This document shows positions 1 to 9,880 of a stretch of DNA of 32,153 bases, one piece after another. This DNA is from Candidatus Zixiibacteriota bacterium. GTDB taxonomy: Bacteria > SM23-81. The notes beneath the pieces were generated by a model. The model had not been told where the DNA came from. It worked only from the letters and a program-made list of their open reading frames with translations, and did not search any database. The position numbers and the translations under genes are program-made. Every line of letters starts with the position of its first letter. The first letter of the stretch is position 1. The stretch is from positions 1-32,153 of the forward strand of contig DAOVRJ010000003.1 in the NCBI GenBank assembly GCA_030628225.1, written 5' to 3'.

Positions 1-2332
1 TATCAGCTGGGACAACAATTCTTGCTCTGACCTTGCCATTCACCTGGATAACAACGGTAACTTCAAGTTTTTTTAAGAACTTTGGATCGTAGCTTGGCCA
101 TTTGTTAAGAAAAACGCTTTGTTTGTGTCCTAGAGCTTGCCATAGCTCTTCAGCTAAATGAGGAGCAAATGGAGAAAGCAGCAATACTAAAGTCCTAGAG
201 GCTTCATCAAGAAATTTTTGGTTTCGTTTTGGCAAAGGAGTTTCTTTAAGATATATGTATAAAGCGTTGACAAACTCCATAAGCCTGCTAATGGCTGTGT
301 TAAAGTGAAATCGGTCAATGTCTTGACCAATTTGTTGAATAGTGTAATGCATGACGCGATTCAAATCGTCAGAGAAGGGATCGGATCCAGAGCTTTTCTC
401 TTGACGAATTTGATGGACCAATCTCCAAATACGGTTAAGGAATCTATAAATCCCCACAATGCCCTCGTCACTCCAATCTCCCCCATCTTGATAAGATCCC
501 ATGAACATCAAGTACATGCGGAAAGTATCAGATCCATACTGATTTATAAATTGGTCCGCGCTGACCACATTGCCTCTTGACTTGGACATCTTGGCGCCGT
601 CTTTGGTGATGGTTCCCTGATGGATAAGTCTGCTGAAAGGCTCATCGAAATGTATATGACCCATGTCATGCAGGACCTTTGTCACGAAACGGGCATAGAG
701 CAGGTGCATGACGGCGTGCTCTGCACCACCGACATATTGATCTACCGGACACCATTTCTTGACCAGATCAGGATCAAAAGCGCTTTCGCTGCGGTAAGGG
801 CTCAGGTATCTCATAAAGTACCAGGAAGAGCATACAAAAGTGTCCATGGTATCCACCTCACGGCGCCCAGGAGCACCGCAGCGTGGACAGGCTGTACGAA
901 CAAAGGCGGGATTCGTGGCTAAAGGTGATTCTTCTGTTCCCTTGGGGGTGAAATCCACATCTTTTGGCAGCAAAACCGGAAGATCTGCTTCGGGAACAGG
1001 TACGATGCCACAGTCCTCGCAGTACACGATGGGAATTGGCGCGCCCCAGTATCGCTGCCGGGAGATCAGCCAGTCCCTCAGCTTGTAATTCACGCACCGC
1101 CTTCCGATTACCGCTTTCTCCAGGGCATCGGCGATCCCCTGCCAGCCCTCTTCAGAACTCAATCCATCAAAATCAGCGGAGTTGACCATGACCCCAGATT
1201 CTACGAAGGCCTCCTTCAGGGTTCTCCCCTCCCCCGCTCCGCGGGGCCTGATGACCTCCCGGATGGGCAGATCGAATTTTTTGGCGAACTCGAAATCGCG
1301 CTGGTCATGAGCTGGAACAGCCATGACAGCGCCGGTTCCGTAAGTGAGCAAGACATAATCGGCGATCCAGATGGGTATTCTTTCATCGTTAATTGGGTTG
1401 ATGGCATAAACGCCTGTAAACACCCCCGTTTTCTCCTTTTCCGTCGAAGTTCGCTGAATTTCGCTTTCTCGTCTAGCTTTTTCGACGTAGTCGAAAACCT
1501 CTCCTTTGTGCTCCGCCTTGGTCAGCTCCTGGACCAACGCATGTTCAGGGGCCAAAACCATATAGGTGACACCAAAAAGTGTATCGGGTCTGGTGGTAAA
1601 AACGGGTATCTTCTGTTCCGACTCCGCAGCCCTGAAGATAACTTCAACGCCCTCGCTGCGACCGATCCAGTTTCTCTGCATGATTTTGGTCTTCTCCGGC
1701 CAGTCGATTCTGGCCAGATCCTCCAGAAGTCTGTCGGCATATGCGGTGGTCTTGAAGAACCACTGCTCCAGATCCTTGTGTGTAACAGATTCTCCGCAGC
1801 GCTCACAGTATCCCTCCACCACCTGTTCGTTTGCCAAAACCGTCTTGCAGCTGGGACACCAATTCACAGGTGCTTTTTTCCGCTCAGCCAACCCCTTTTT
1901 ATACAGCTGGAGGAAAAGCCACTGGGTCCAGCGATAGTATTCCGGAGAGCTGGTGTCGATCTCCTTATCCCAATCGTACATGGCTCCTATAGCTTTGAGC
2001 TGTTTCCTGATCTGGGAGATGTTCTCGGTGGTACTGATAGCCGGGTGTACCCCGTGGGAGATAGCGTAATTTTCGGCCGGCAGGCCAAAGGCGTCGTATC
2101 CCATTGGTTCAAACACATTAAAACCACACAATCGCTTATAACGAGCCCATGTATCTGTGGGGCCATAATTATACCAGTGTCCGGTATGGAGCTTTTCTCC
2201 AGAAGGATAGCTGAACATCACCAGGCAGTACAGCTTGCGGCGTTCATCGTTTAGGTCTACCTTGTTCAAACCGTGTTCTTCCCAGTAATTTTGCCATTTC
2301 TTCTCGATCGCTCTAAATGGATAACCTGCCAT
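1..2332 (-). CDS. leuS: Leucine--tRNA ligase (3' end runs off the window)
   Basis: Hand translation from ATG at 2332 (RBS AAGGGAG): MAGYPFRAIEKKWQNYWEE...LYCLVMFSYPSGEKLHTGHWYNY (HIGH-type motif), DWLISRQRYWGAPIP near 1030-1080, and HQGTITKDGAKMSKSRG (KMSKS) near 575-625. Absent from the ORF track because no stop lies in the window. Confidence 0.97.
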   Translation of the reverse strand, partial: MAGYPFRAIEKKWQNYWEEHGLNKVDLNDERRKLYCLVMFSYPSGEKLHTGHWYNYGPTDTWARYKRLCGFNVFEPMGYDAFGLPAENYAISHGVHPAISTTENISQIRKQLKAIGAMYDWDKEIDTSSPEYYRWTQWLFLQLYKKGLAERKKAPVNWCPSCKTVLANEQVVEGYCERCGESVTHKDLEQWFFKTTAYADRLLEDLARIDWPEKTKIMQRNWIGRSEGVEVIFRAAESEQKIPVFTTRPDTLFGVTYMVLAPEHALVQELTKAEHKGEVFDYVEKARRESEIQRTSTEKEKTGVFTGVYAINPINDERIPIWIADYVLLTYGTGAVMAVPAHDQRDFEFAKKFDLPIREVIRPRGAGEGRTLKEAFVESGVMVNSADFDGLSSEEGWQGIADALEKAVIGRRCVNYKLRDWLISRQRYWGAPIPIVYCEDCGIVPVPEADLPVLLPKDVDFTPKGTEESPLATNPAFVRTACPRCGAPGRREVDTMDTFVCSSWYFMRYLSPYRSESAFDPDLVKKWCPVDQYVGGAEHAVMHLLYARFVTKVLHDMGHIHFDEPFSRLIHQGTITKDGAKMSKSRGNVVSADQFINQYGSDTFRMYLMFMGSYQDGGDWSDEGIVGIYRFLNRIWRLVHQIRQEKSSGSDPFSDDLNRVMHYTIQQIGQDIDRFHFNTAISRLMEFVNALYIYLKETPLPKRNQKFLDEASRTLVLLLSPFAPHLAEELWQALGHKQSVFLNKWPSYDPKFLKKLEVTVVIQVNGKVRARIVVPAD

Positions 2333-2378
2333 TTAACTCTCCCTTAAGACTCCCCTTTTCCTGACCAGTTAACTTAAA

Positions 2379-3671
2379 CTATGGATAGATTCTGGATAAA
2401 AGCCTGGGAAATGGGATCGTCTCACGAAGATGGGATCGTCCACAGATCCAGGCTACCGTTCGCTCAATTCCCAGGCCAAACCCGGCATGGGGTACGCTGC
2501 CATATCTGCGAAGATCCAAATACCATTTGAAAACCTCGAAAGGCAATTTATGCTTTTTTATCTTTTTCTCCAATTCATCCAGCTTGTCTTCCCTCTGTCC
2601 GCCGCCGATGATCTCCCCGTATCCCTCGGGGGCCAAAACATCCAGGCATAGAGCCAATTGGTGGTTCTGGGGATCTGTCTTCATATAAAAAGCCTTGCTC
2701 TTTAAAGGATATCGATGGATGATAATTGGCTTGTCGAACTCGTTGGACAGTATGGTCTCGTCTGCAGCCCCAAAATCCTCCCCCCATTTAAAATCTATCC
2801 CTTTTTCCTGGAGAATCTGCACTGAATCGTCGTAGCTGATGCGCGGAAACGGCTTGACGACTTTGCCTAGTTTTTCCAGGTCTCTCTCCAGGAGAATGAG
2901 CTCTTTCTCTTTATTCTTCAGCACTCTTTGGACAAGATAGGTGATAAAATCCTCGGCCAGATCCATGGTGTCCGCCAGATCGTAAAAAGCCATCTCCGGT
3001 TCCACCATCCAGAACTCTGTGAGATGACGTCGTGTTTTTGCTTTCTCCGCGCGGAAAGTGGGCCCAAAACAGTACACCCGGCCAAATGCCATGGCCGCAG
3101 CTTCATTGTAGAGCTGCCCGCTTTGGGTCAAATAGGCTTGTTCGCCAAAATATTCCGTTTCGAAAAGTGCAGTGGTTCCCTCGGATGCATTGGGGGTAAA
3201 AATAGGCGCGTCGACGAGGACAAATCCGCGTTCATGGAAAAAATCCCGGCAGGCGCTGATGATCTCATCCCTTACCAGCAGGATGGCATGTTGTTTGGAT
3301 GATCTAAGCCACAGGTGGCGATGGTCCATTAAAAAGGCCGTTCCGTGTTCTTTGGGGCTAATTGGATACTCCTCGGCGATCTGGATAAGCTCGATTCTAC
3401 GAATGGCCAGCTCATAACCCCCAGGTGCCCTATGATCTTGCCGAACAACACCATTGACCTTCAAGGAAGACTCCTGAGTAAGCCGATCGAACAGTGAGAA
3501 AGTGCCCTCATCCGCATCGTCTTTGAACATAACTCCCTGCAAAAGTCCAGTTCCATCTCGTAAGGTCAAAAACCTCAGTTTTCCGCTGGATCTCTTGTTG
3601 TAAAGCCAACCCTTGATGGACACCTCTTTGCCCACATATTGGCCAATTTCGTTGATATAGGTCTGAATCAT
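2379..3671 (-). CDS. asnS: Asparagine--tRNA ligase
   Basis: OB-fold start [15 protein letters not shown]; [10 protein letters not shown]; [21 protein letters not shown]; [15 protein letters not shown]. Confidence 0.96.
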   Translation of the reverse strand: MIQTYINEIGQYVGKEVSIKGWLYNKRSSGKLRFLTLRDGTGLLQGVMFKDDADEGTFSLFDRLTQESSLKVNGVVRQDHRAPGGYELAIRRIELIQIAEEYPISPKEHGTAFLMDHRHLWLRSSKQHAILLVRDEIISACRDFFHERGFVLVDAPIFTPNASEGTTALFETEYFGEQAYLTQSGQLYNEAAAMAFGRVYCFGPTFRAEKAKTRRHLTEFWMVEPEMAFYDLADTMDLAEDFITYLVQRVLKNKEKELILLERDLEKLGKVVKPFPRISYDDSVQILQEKGIDFKWGEDFGAADETILSNEFDKPIIIHRYPLKSKAFYMKTDPQNHQLALCLDVLAPEGYGEIIGGGQREDKLDELEKKIKKHKLPFEVFKWYLDLRRYGSVPHAGFGLGIERTVAWICGRSHLRETIPFPRLLSRIYP

Positions 3672-3727
3672 CTGCTAAAAGCTCCTTCGAATTTCCGTAT
3701 GGTGAAAAACAACCAATTGCTTTTCAC

Positions 3728-4564
3728 CTAGCTCACCAGCAAAAGGGGAAGTTCTATCTTTCGCAGAACCTCTTCGGTGGTGCTGCCCAAAAGCGCCTCT
3801 CTCAGTCGTTTATGCCCATGGACTCCCATAATAACCAGATCGACTTCTTCTGTCCTGCAGGTTCGAAGGATTTCCTCCCCCGCCCTCCCCTTACTCACCT
3901 TTGCGCTCAGTTTTAGCTCAAAAGGACGCAGGTATTCTAGAGCCTCATCTATAGTTTTTCTGCCCGACATGGAGTCGCTATCAGCAGCTAGCACGATGAG
4001 CGGACTTTTCATACGCAAGGCGAAATCAGCGGCTATCTGCAGCGCATGATTGGCCTGAGGGCTACGATCGTAGGCCAGCATCATCTTTCGAATGGCTCTG
4101 TATTCCTTAGGTAAGACCAATATGGGTTTATTAGCCTCGCGAACAGTTCCATCTAATGTTGCCCCCATCTGTTTCCGACCCCACGGTGCATATTCACCCC
4201 TACGCCCCATGATGATTAAATCGACCATACGAGCTTGCTCGCAGATGACCTCCACCGGTGAACCAGCGATTTTAGTGCTGACGAACTCCACTTTTGTCTT
4301 ACGGGCTTGCTGAGCGCACTTTTTAAGAACTTCCTCGGCCTTTTCCTCCAGGATCTTTTGGGTTTCCTTTTGATAGCTAGCGGTGGGAATCATAGGCAAA
4401 AAGCCGTCGGCCCCGATGTAGACGGCCCATTTGAATATGCGAATATCCACAATGGTCAAAAAGCGCAGAAAGGCACCGTATTTCTGGGCCAGTTGAATGC
4501 TCTGCCGCACCACGCTGTTGCTGTAAACAGAGCCGTCCACCGTGGCCAGTATGCTTTTGATCAT
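3728..4564 (-). CDS. Tandem-domain universal stress protein (UspA family)
   Basis: IKSILATVDGS...DLIIMGRRG, then a second domain MMLAYDRS...DLVIMGVHGHKRLREALLGSTTEEVLR. Start moved to ATG 4564 (MIKSIL) to avoid overlap with the upstream gene. Confidence 0.9.
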   Translation of the reverse strand: MIKSILATVDGSVYSNSVVRQSIQLAQKYGAFLRFLTIVDIRIFKWAVYIGADGFLPMIPTASYQKETQKILEEKAEEVLKKCAQQARKTKVEFVSTKIAGSPVEVICEQARMVDLIIMGRRGEYAPWGRKQMGATLDGTVREANKPILVLPKEYRAIRKMMLAYDRSPQANHALQIAADFALRMKSPLIVLAADSDSMSGRKTIDEALEYLRPFELKLSAKVSKGRAGEEILRTCRTEEVDLVIMGVHGHKRLREALLGSTTEEVLRKIELPLLLVS

Positions 4565-4577
4565 GACTTTTTTGCGC

Positions 4578-6206
4578 CTATACTTTGCGTAATATGGCGT
4601 AAGCGATTTTTGAAGCATGCAGATTGATCTGGTGCAGATCCCCGATGAGATCCATGTGAACGGTGGTGGTATCCAGAGATTCTTTTAGGCCTTGATGGAG
4701 ACGGTCTATGTGCGCACGATGCAGCCGGTTTTGTTCCAGAGACAGTCTCTTGCGTCTTTCGATGGTCTTTTGGGACAAGTTATTATCCCAGGCAGCGAAA
4801 GCGTTTATGGCCATCTGCAGGGTGGTAACAACCTCAGAGTGAAATTGGGTGATCTCACCGAAGCCCTCATCGGAGAAATAAAAGGGCTGAGCGATTTTTC
4901 TCTCGGCGTAGACCATGAGATTTTTGCTGACCAGATCCCCAATCTGCTCCAGCTCGCTGGTGATAAACAACAGGGCAATTTCTTTCTCCACTTGCTCGCT
5001 GGTTAGCTCTTTCTGAGAGAGCTTAGTTAAATAATGTGTTATGCGTTCCTCCAGAAGATCCACCCGGTTATCCTTTTTCACCAAGTCGCGGCGTAGCTGT
5101 TCGTCGTTATCCTTGTAAACGTTCATAGTTTTCTTGACCATCTCAAATACGATATCGGCCATTCTCAAAATCTCTCGGGTGGACTGACCCAAGGCCAAAT
5201 CTGGCGTTTCCAGGAGCGTCTCTTCCAGGTATTTGGGGGCAAATTCCCTGGCAGGTAGCTCTTTTTTCGGCAAAAGCGCGGAGATCACAGCTCCATACGG
5301 TCGAATGAAAGGCACGAAAAGTATGGCCATTCCCACGTTGAAGAAGGCATGGACGTTGGCAATCTGTCGGGGGATCTCTCCAGACGTTCTGGCTATCAGA
5401 TCGGCAACAGGGCCGATGAAGGGATAGAAAAGGATGACGCCGACGATTTTAAAAAGTGTATGGCCCCAGGCAACCCTTTTGCCAGCGACATTGGATCCTA
5501 GGCTGGCCAAAAGGGCCGTGGCACAGGTTCCCACGTTGGCTCCCAGCACCAAAGGTATGGCGGACTCCAGATTCATCAGGCCCTGAAAGGAAAGGCTGAG
5601 CACCAATCCCAGAGTGGCGGCACTGCTCTGTACGATGGCTGTAAAAATGGTGGCCAGCAATATTCCCAGCAGGGGGTTTTCCCCCACCTTGAGGATTGCA
5701 TCGGTAATATGTGGATAGTACCTCAGCGGAGCCACCGAATCGGACATGACCTTCATACCGAAGAAAATCAGCCCAAAGGCCAGAATGACCCCCCCGACTC
5801 GATAACCGCGGCTCTCCTTATTTAAGAGGGTGAGCAAAAAACCAATGGTTAGGATGAGCAGGGCGTAATCGGAAATCCGAAAAGCTATCAACTGCACGGT
5901 CACTGTGGTGCCGATACCTGCCCCTAGTATGATACTCAGGCTCTGCAATAAGGTGATCAGGCCGATGCCGGCAAAGCTGACCAGCATCACTGTGGTGGCA
6001 CTGCTGCTCTGTAAGGTCACCGTAGACAATGCTCCCACGCCGACGCCCTTGAACCTGTTGCTGATCAGCCTGCCGATGATATAGCGCAGACGGTTTTTGG
6101 CTATGCTCTGCAGATGTTCTCCACCCAGCCTTAACCCAAACAGGAAGAGGCTAAGACCACCCAAAAGGGTGAAGAAAGATATTATTGTGAAATATTCTCT
6201 GTCCAC
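4578..6206 (-). CDS. Na+/Pi cotransporter (NptA/YjbB family) with C-terminal PhoU-like domains
   Basis: Two QSS repeats (LQSSSATT, VQSSAAT), GANVGT motif, many TM helices, and a helical C-terminal region with ELEQIGD. Confidence 0.93.
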   Translation of the reverse strand: MDREYFTIISFFTLLGGLSLFLFGLRLGGEHLQSIAKNRLRYIIGRLISNRFKGVGVGALSTVTLQSSSATTVMLVSFAGIGLITLLQSLSIILGAGIGTTVTVQLIAFRISDYALLILTIGFLLTLLNKESRGYRVGGVILAFGLIFFGMKVMSDSVAPLRYYPHITDAILKVGENPLLGILLATIFTAIVQSSAATLGLVLSLSFQGLMNLESAIPLVLGANVGTCATALLASLGSNVAGKRVAWGHTLFKIVGVILFYPFIGPVADLIARTSGEIPRQIANVHAFFNVGMAILFVPFIRPYGAVISALLPKKELPAREFAPKYLEETLLETPDLALGQSTREILRMADIVFEMVKKTMNVYKDNDEQLRRDLVKKDNRVDLLEERITHYLTKLSQKELTSEQVEKEIALLFITSELEQIGDLVSKNLMVYAERKIAQPFYFSDEGFGEITQFHSEVVTTLQMAINAFAAWDNNLSQKTIERRKRLSLEQNRLHRAHIDRLHQGLKESLDTTTVHMDLIGDLHQINLHASKIAYAILRKV

Positions 6207-6240
6207 TGGAACCTTGTTTCTCCCAATCTCATAGTACCAA

Positions 6241-6292
6241 AGGAAAAGCCCCCAGCTTTGGCGATGACCACCTCGTAACCCATCTGGGGGCT
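6241..6292 (-). terminator. Probable intrinsic terminator or structured element after rpsA
   Basis: Inverted repeat AGCCCCCAG...CTGGGGGCT followed on the minus strand by TTTCCTTT. The loop is unusually long (28 nt). Confidence 0.5.
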
Positions 6293-6353
6293 CAGCAAAA
6301 GCCGTTTTTTACACGGATGTCGTCTTCCATTTTCAGAGACGGACCCAATTCTA

Positions 6354-8438
6354 TCACGTAGATGAGGACTCCTGATTATCTGGAGATTTGTCCTCTTCTG
6401 GCGAATTCTCAGAAGGGGGTGGCTTTTGCTCACTCTGTTTAGCAGAATCCTGCTGTTCTTCGGCAGAGGATTCGTCCTCATCGGAGAGAACCTTGGTCGC
6501 CTTTCCCATTTCCTTTGCTCCGGCAACTTCCCCCATGGTCATCGATTTCACGGGATGTTTTGCCAAATAGGATTCCAGCTCAGTCTTTTCGTGATCCTCA
6601 AAATAGGCCTTGGCGCTGAGGATGATCTTTCGGTTGCTCAGATCGAACTCGATGACCTTCAAGGGAATCTCTTCTCCTACCGAAAAAGCCTCAGCGGGTT
6701 TGCGGATATCAGGTCGGCCCAGTTGGGTAAGGGGAACAAATCCTTCTACAGATTCAGGCAATTCGACGATGACGCCACGTTCTAAAAGCCGCAGGATGGT
6801 TCCCTGAACGTTGGTTCCCACTGGATATACCTCGGACAGGTGCTCCCAAGGATCCTCGATGAGCTGTTTGTATCCCAGAGAAACACGTCGGTTGTCCTTG
6901 TCGATATTCAGGATGGTCACCTCAACTTTATCGCCTTTCTTCAACACCTCACTGGGGTGATGAATGCGACGGGTCCAGGAAAGATCGGAGATGTGCACGA
7001 GCCCATCAATTCCCTCCTCAATTTCCACAAAGGCACCGAAGTTAGTGAGATTCCTAACCCTTCCCGTCACGCGAGAGCCGATTTGGTGGCGCTCTTCAAG
7101 CGTTAACCAAGGGTTCTGCTGAATCTGCTTCAGTCCAAGAGAAATCTTCTCCCCCGCTTTGTCCACCTTAAGGACCACAATCTCAACCACATCTCCTATG
7201 GCCACAACTTTCGAGGGATGACGAATATGTTGTGTCCAGGACATCTCGGAGATGTGGATAAGTCCTTCAATCCCCTTCTCCAATTCGACAAAAGCTCCGT
7301 AGTCGGTAATGCTAACCACCTTACCTCGAACTTTATCCCCAACGGGATATTTCTCCTCTACATTCTCCCAGGGATAAGGAGTGAGCTGTTTTAACCCAAG
7401 GGATATACGCTCTCTCTCCTGTTCAAAATTGAGGACTTTGACCTTGAGCACATCGCCTATGGCCACCAGTTCAGATGGATGACTGACCCGTCCCCAGGAC
7501 ATATCGGTTATATGCAATAAACCGTCGATACCTCCCAGATCGATAAAGGCTCCAAAATCGGTGATGTTCTTAACCGTGCCCTCGCGAACTTGACCCACCT
7601 CTAACTCTTTGATAATTAGAGCCTTGGCCTTCGCCCTCTCTTCCTCCAAGACAACTCTTCGTGAAATAACGATGTTCCTTCTCATCTTGTTGAGTTTAAT
7701 AATCTTGAAGGCAAATGTTTCGCCTATTAATTGGTCTAGATCTGGAACCGGACGCAGGGCCACCTGAGATCCGGGGAGAAAAGCATCTACCCCAAAAAGG
7801 TCCACAACCATTCCGCCTTTGATCCGCCTGAGGAGACGTCCTTCAACTAGCTCTCCATTATCATAGGCATTCTTGATGTTGTCCCAGACCCTCATGAAGT
7901 CTGCCTTCTGTTTGGAGAGCACAAGCTGTCCATCCTGGTTCTCTATGCTTTCCAGATAAACATCGAATTCATCGCCCACTTTCACGTTCAGGGGTTCTCC
8001 AAACTCGATGATAGGAATAATCCCCTCCGATTTGAACCCCACATCCACAAGAGCATCGGTTTCGGAAACCTGGATGATCTTGCCCTTGACGATCTCGCCC
8101 TCCCGGATGTCGCGCATAGTTTCCTCGTATGCCTGGAGCATCTCGGCGTATTCCTCCTCGGAATACTCCTCCTCGTCATCATAAAAATATTGTTTTGTGG
8201 CAGGTTCAACATCTTCTTTGATCTCTAACTGCTCCTTTGGCTCGGGGGTGGCGACCTTAACGTTCTTCGGTTTAGGTGCGGTTTCTTCTTTTTTAATTGT
8301 CTTCTTGCGCGAAACAGACTTCTTTGGTTTAGTCACCCGCGATTTTGCCTCTTTGGGTTCACCTCCTTTCTTAGTTTTGTTTGTCTTCTCCTCCTCTGCG
8401 GAGGGTTGGGTTGGTTGAACTTCTTCTGGCAACATCAT
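6354..8438 (-). CDS. rpsA: 30S ribosomal protein S1 with long charged N- and C-terminal extensions
   Basis: Six S1 repeats (VDVGFKSEG, AFLPGSQV, FGAFIDLGGIDGLLHITDMSW, YGAFVELEKGIEGLIHISEMSW, etc.). Located downstream of cmk. Confidence 0.97.
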   Translation of the reverse strand: MMLPEEVQPTQPSAEEEKTNKTKKGGEPKEAKSRVTKPKKSVSRKKTIKKEETAPKPKNVKVATPEPKEQLEIKEDVEPATKQYFYDDEEEYSEEEYAEMLQAYEETMRDIREGEIVKGKIIQVSETDALVDVGFKSEGIIPIIEFGEPLNVKVGDEFDVYLESIENQDGQLVLSKQKADFMRVWDNIKNAYDNGELVEGRLLRRIKGGMVVDLFGVDAFLPGSQVALRPVPDLDQLIGETFAFKIIKLNKMRRNIVISRRVVLEEERAKAKALIIKELEVGQVREGTVKNITDFGAFIDLGGIDGLLHITDMSWGRVSHPSELVAIGDVLKVKVLNFEQERERISLGLKQLTPYPWENVEEKYPVGDKVRGKVVSITDYGAFVELEKGIEGLIHISEMSWTQHIRHPSKVVAIGDVVEIVVLKVDKAGEKISLGLKQIQQNPWLTLEERHQIGSRVTGRVRNLTNFGAFVEIEEGIDGLVHISDLSWTRRIHHPSEVLKKGDKVEVTILNIDKDNRRVSLGYKQLIEDPWEHLSEVYPVGTNVQGTILRLLERGVIVELPESVEGFVPLTQLGRPDIRKPAEAFSVGEEIPLKVIEFDLSNRKIILSAKAYFEDHEKTELESYLAKHPVKSMTMGEVAGAKEMGKATKVLSDEDESSAEEQQDSAKQSEQKPPPSENSPEEDKSPDNQESSST

Positions 8439-8496
8439 CTTCCTCTTTCCCCTTTCTTTATTAAATTTCGGCTCCTAAGAGCCGATAATAATCTTA

Positions 8497-9126
8497 TTAC
8501 CTCGTTTTCATTGAGACCTGCAGAGTACCGATCCGATGCATTATTTCCTGGACAACCTTTCGATACGCCGATTTATCCTTTTCAAGGTTTTCCATCCAGC
8601 TCCATGGAATTGGAGGACCGAAGCTAACTGTCAACCTGCTTTTCCTTAAGATTGTCTTACGCAACTGATTAGAGCCACTGATATATGCCGGTACTATTGA
8701 AACCCGTCCTTCTATAGCAAGTTTTCCCACTCCCGGTTTCCCATTGAGCAGAGTGTTTCCAGGCCCTCTGGTGCCCTCGGGAAATAGCAAAACGGCATTG
8801 CCTTCCCTGAGAAGTTCGGCGATTCGCCGGAGAGCAGCCCGATCTGCCCTACCCCTGCTGACCGGAACCGTATTGTAAGCCCTTATCACACGGGCAAAAA
8901 GGCGATTTCTAAACAGTTCTTTCTTGCCCAGATAGTAAACCTCCCTCGGAATGGCCGCTCCAACTACGGGAGGATCCATCAAACTGATGTGATTGCTGGC
9001 TATGATGATCGCTCCATCGGATGGGATCATCTCCTGACCTTGCACCCGAAAGCCAAATAGAGCCTTTAAAACCGCATTTATAAATCGCCAGGACCATTTA
9101 TACAAAGGCCTCATGGCTAATCCCAT
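8497..9126 (-). CDS. plsC: 1-acyl-sn-glycerol-3-phosphate acyltransferase
   Basis: NHISLMD (HX4D) and FPEGTR motifs; cmk-plsC-rpsA context. True start may be ATG 9114. Confidence 0.9.
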   Translation of the reverse strand: MGLAMRPLYKWSWRFINAVLKALFGFRVQGQEMIPSDGAIIIASNHISLMDPPVVGAAIPREVYYLGKKELFRNRLFARVIRAYNTVPVSRGRADRAALRRIAELLREGNAVLLFPEGTRGPGNTLLNGKPGVGKLAIEGRVSIVPAYISGSNQLRKTILRKSRLTVSFGPPIPWSWMENLEKDKSAYRKVVQEIMHRIGTLQVSMKTR

Positions 9127-9138
9127 TAAGTTTATGGG

Positions 9139-9825
9139 CTAGGTGTCTGCCGGCAGCTTGTCCAGAATTTCTTTAAGAACCTCTTCGATGGACAGCTTTG
9201 TGGTGTCTATGACAATGGCATTTTCCGCCTGCCGCAGAGGAGCCACCTCTCTGCGGCTGTCGTCGCGATCCCTTTGGCGCATCTGGCTCTCCAGTTGTTC
9301 CATGTCCACATCGCCACCCCAGCTTTTCATCTGCAGATAGCGTCGCCTCGCCCTTTCATGGACTGCAGCGGTGATGTAAAATTTGACATCGGCATCGGGC
9401 AAAACGACCGTGCCTATATCTCGCCCCTCCATTACTACACCGCTTACACGAGCCAGACCTCTTTGCTTTTCTACCATAGATGCGTGCACATTCGGGTAGG
9501 CTGAAATTCGCGATGAAGCCATGTCGATCTGTGGAGTGCGAATTTCTTCGGTTACATCCTGTTCATCAATCAACACACGATACGCCCATTTATCCTGGGG
9601 ATCAGTTTTTAGAAAGCGAATCTGGCACTCTTGAGCCAATTGCCCCAGGCCATCCTGGTTTTCCACATTCACACCCTTTTGCTCAGCGAGGACGGCCAGG
9701 GCTCGGTACATGGCCCCGGTATCCACGAAGAGGCATCCTAAAGTTTCGGCCAGAAGCATCCCTACAGTTCCTTTTCCACTGCTGGCCGGCCCATCAATGG
9801 CCACTATAAGCCGGGAATGACTCAT
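9139..9825 (-). CDS. cmk: Cytidylate kinase
   Basis: VAIDGPASSGKGT P-loop, DTGAMYR, VMEGRDIGTVV, RDRDDSRREVAPL. Start set at ATG 9825 after RBS GGGGGA. Confidence 0.96.
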   Translation of the reverse strand: MSHSRLIVAIDGPASSGKGTVGMLLAETLGCLFVDTGAMYRALAVLAEQKGVNVENQDGLGQLAQECQIRFLKTDPQDKWAYRVLIDEQDVTEEIRTPQIDMASSRISAYPNVHASMVEKQRGLARVSGVVMEGRDIGTVVLPDADVKFYITAAVHERARRRYLQMKSWGGDVDMEQLESQMRQRDRDDSRREVAPLRQAENAIVIDTTKLSIEEVLKEILDKLPADT

Positions 9826-9880
9826 TGCTGTTTCCCCCACAGAGTGGCGATGATTTGTAGAGTCTCCGTGGACATTCTAT

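Noticed and set aside
1307-2254. 315-aa + strand ORF
   Set aside because: Antisense shadow of leuS, which has clear motifs on the minus strand; the translation has no recognisable motif.
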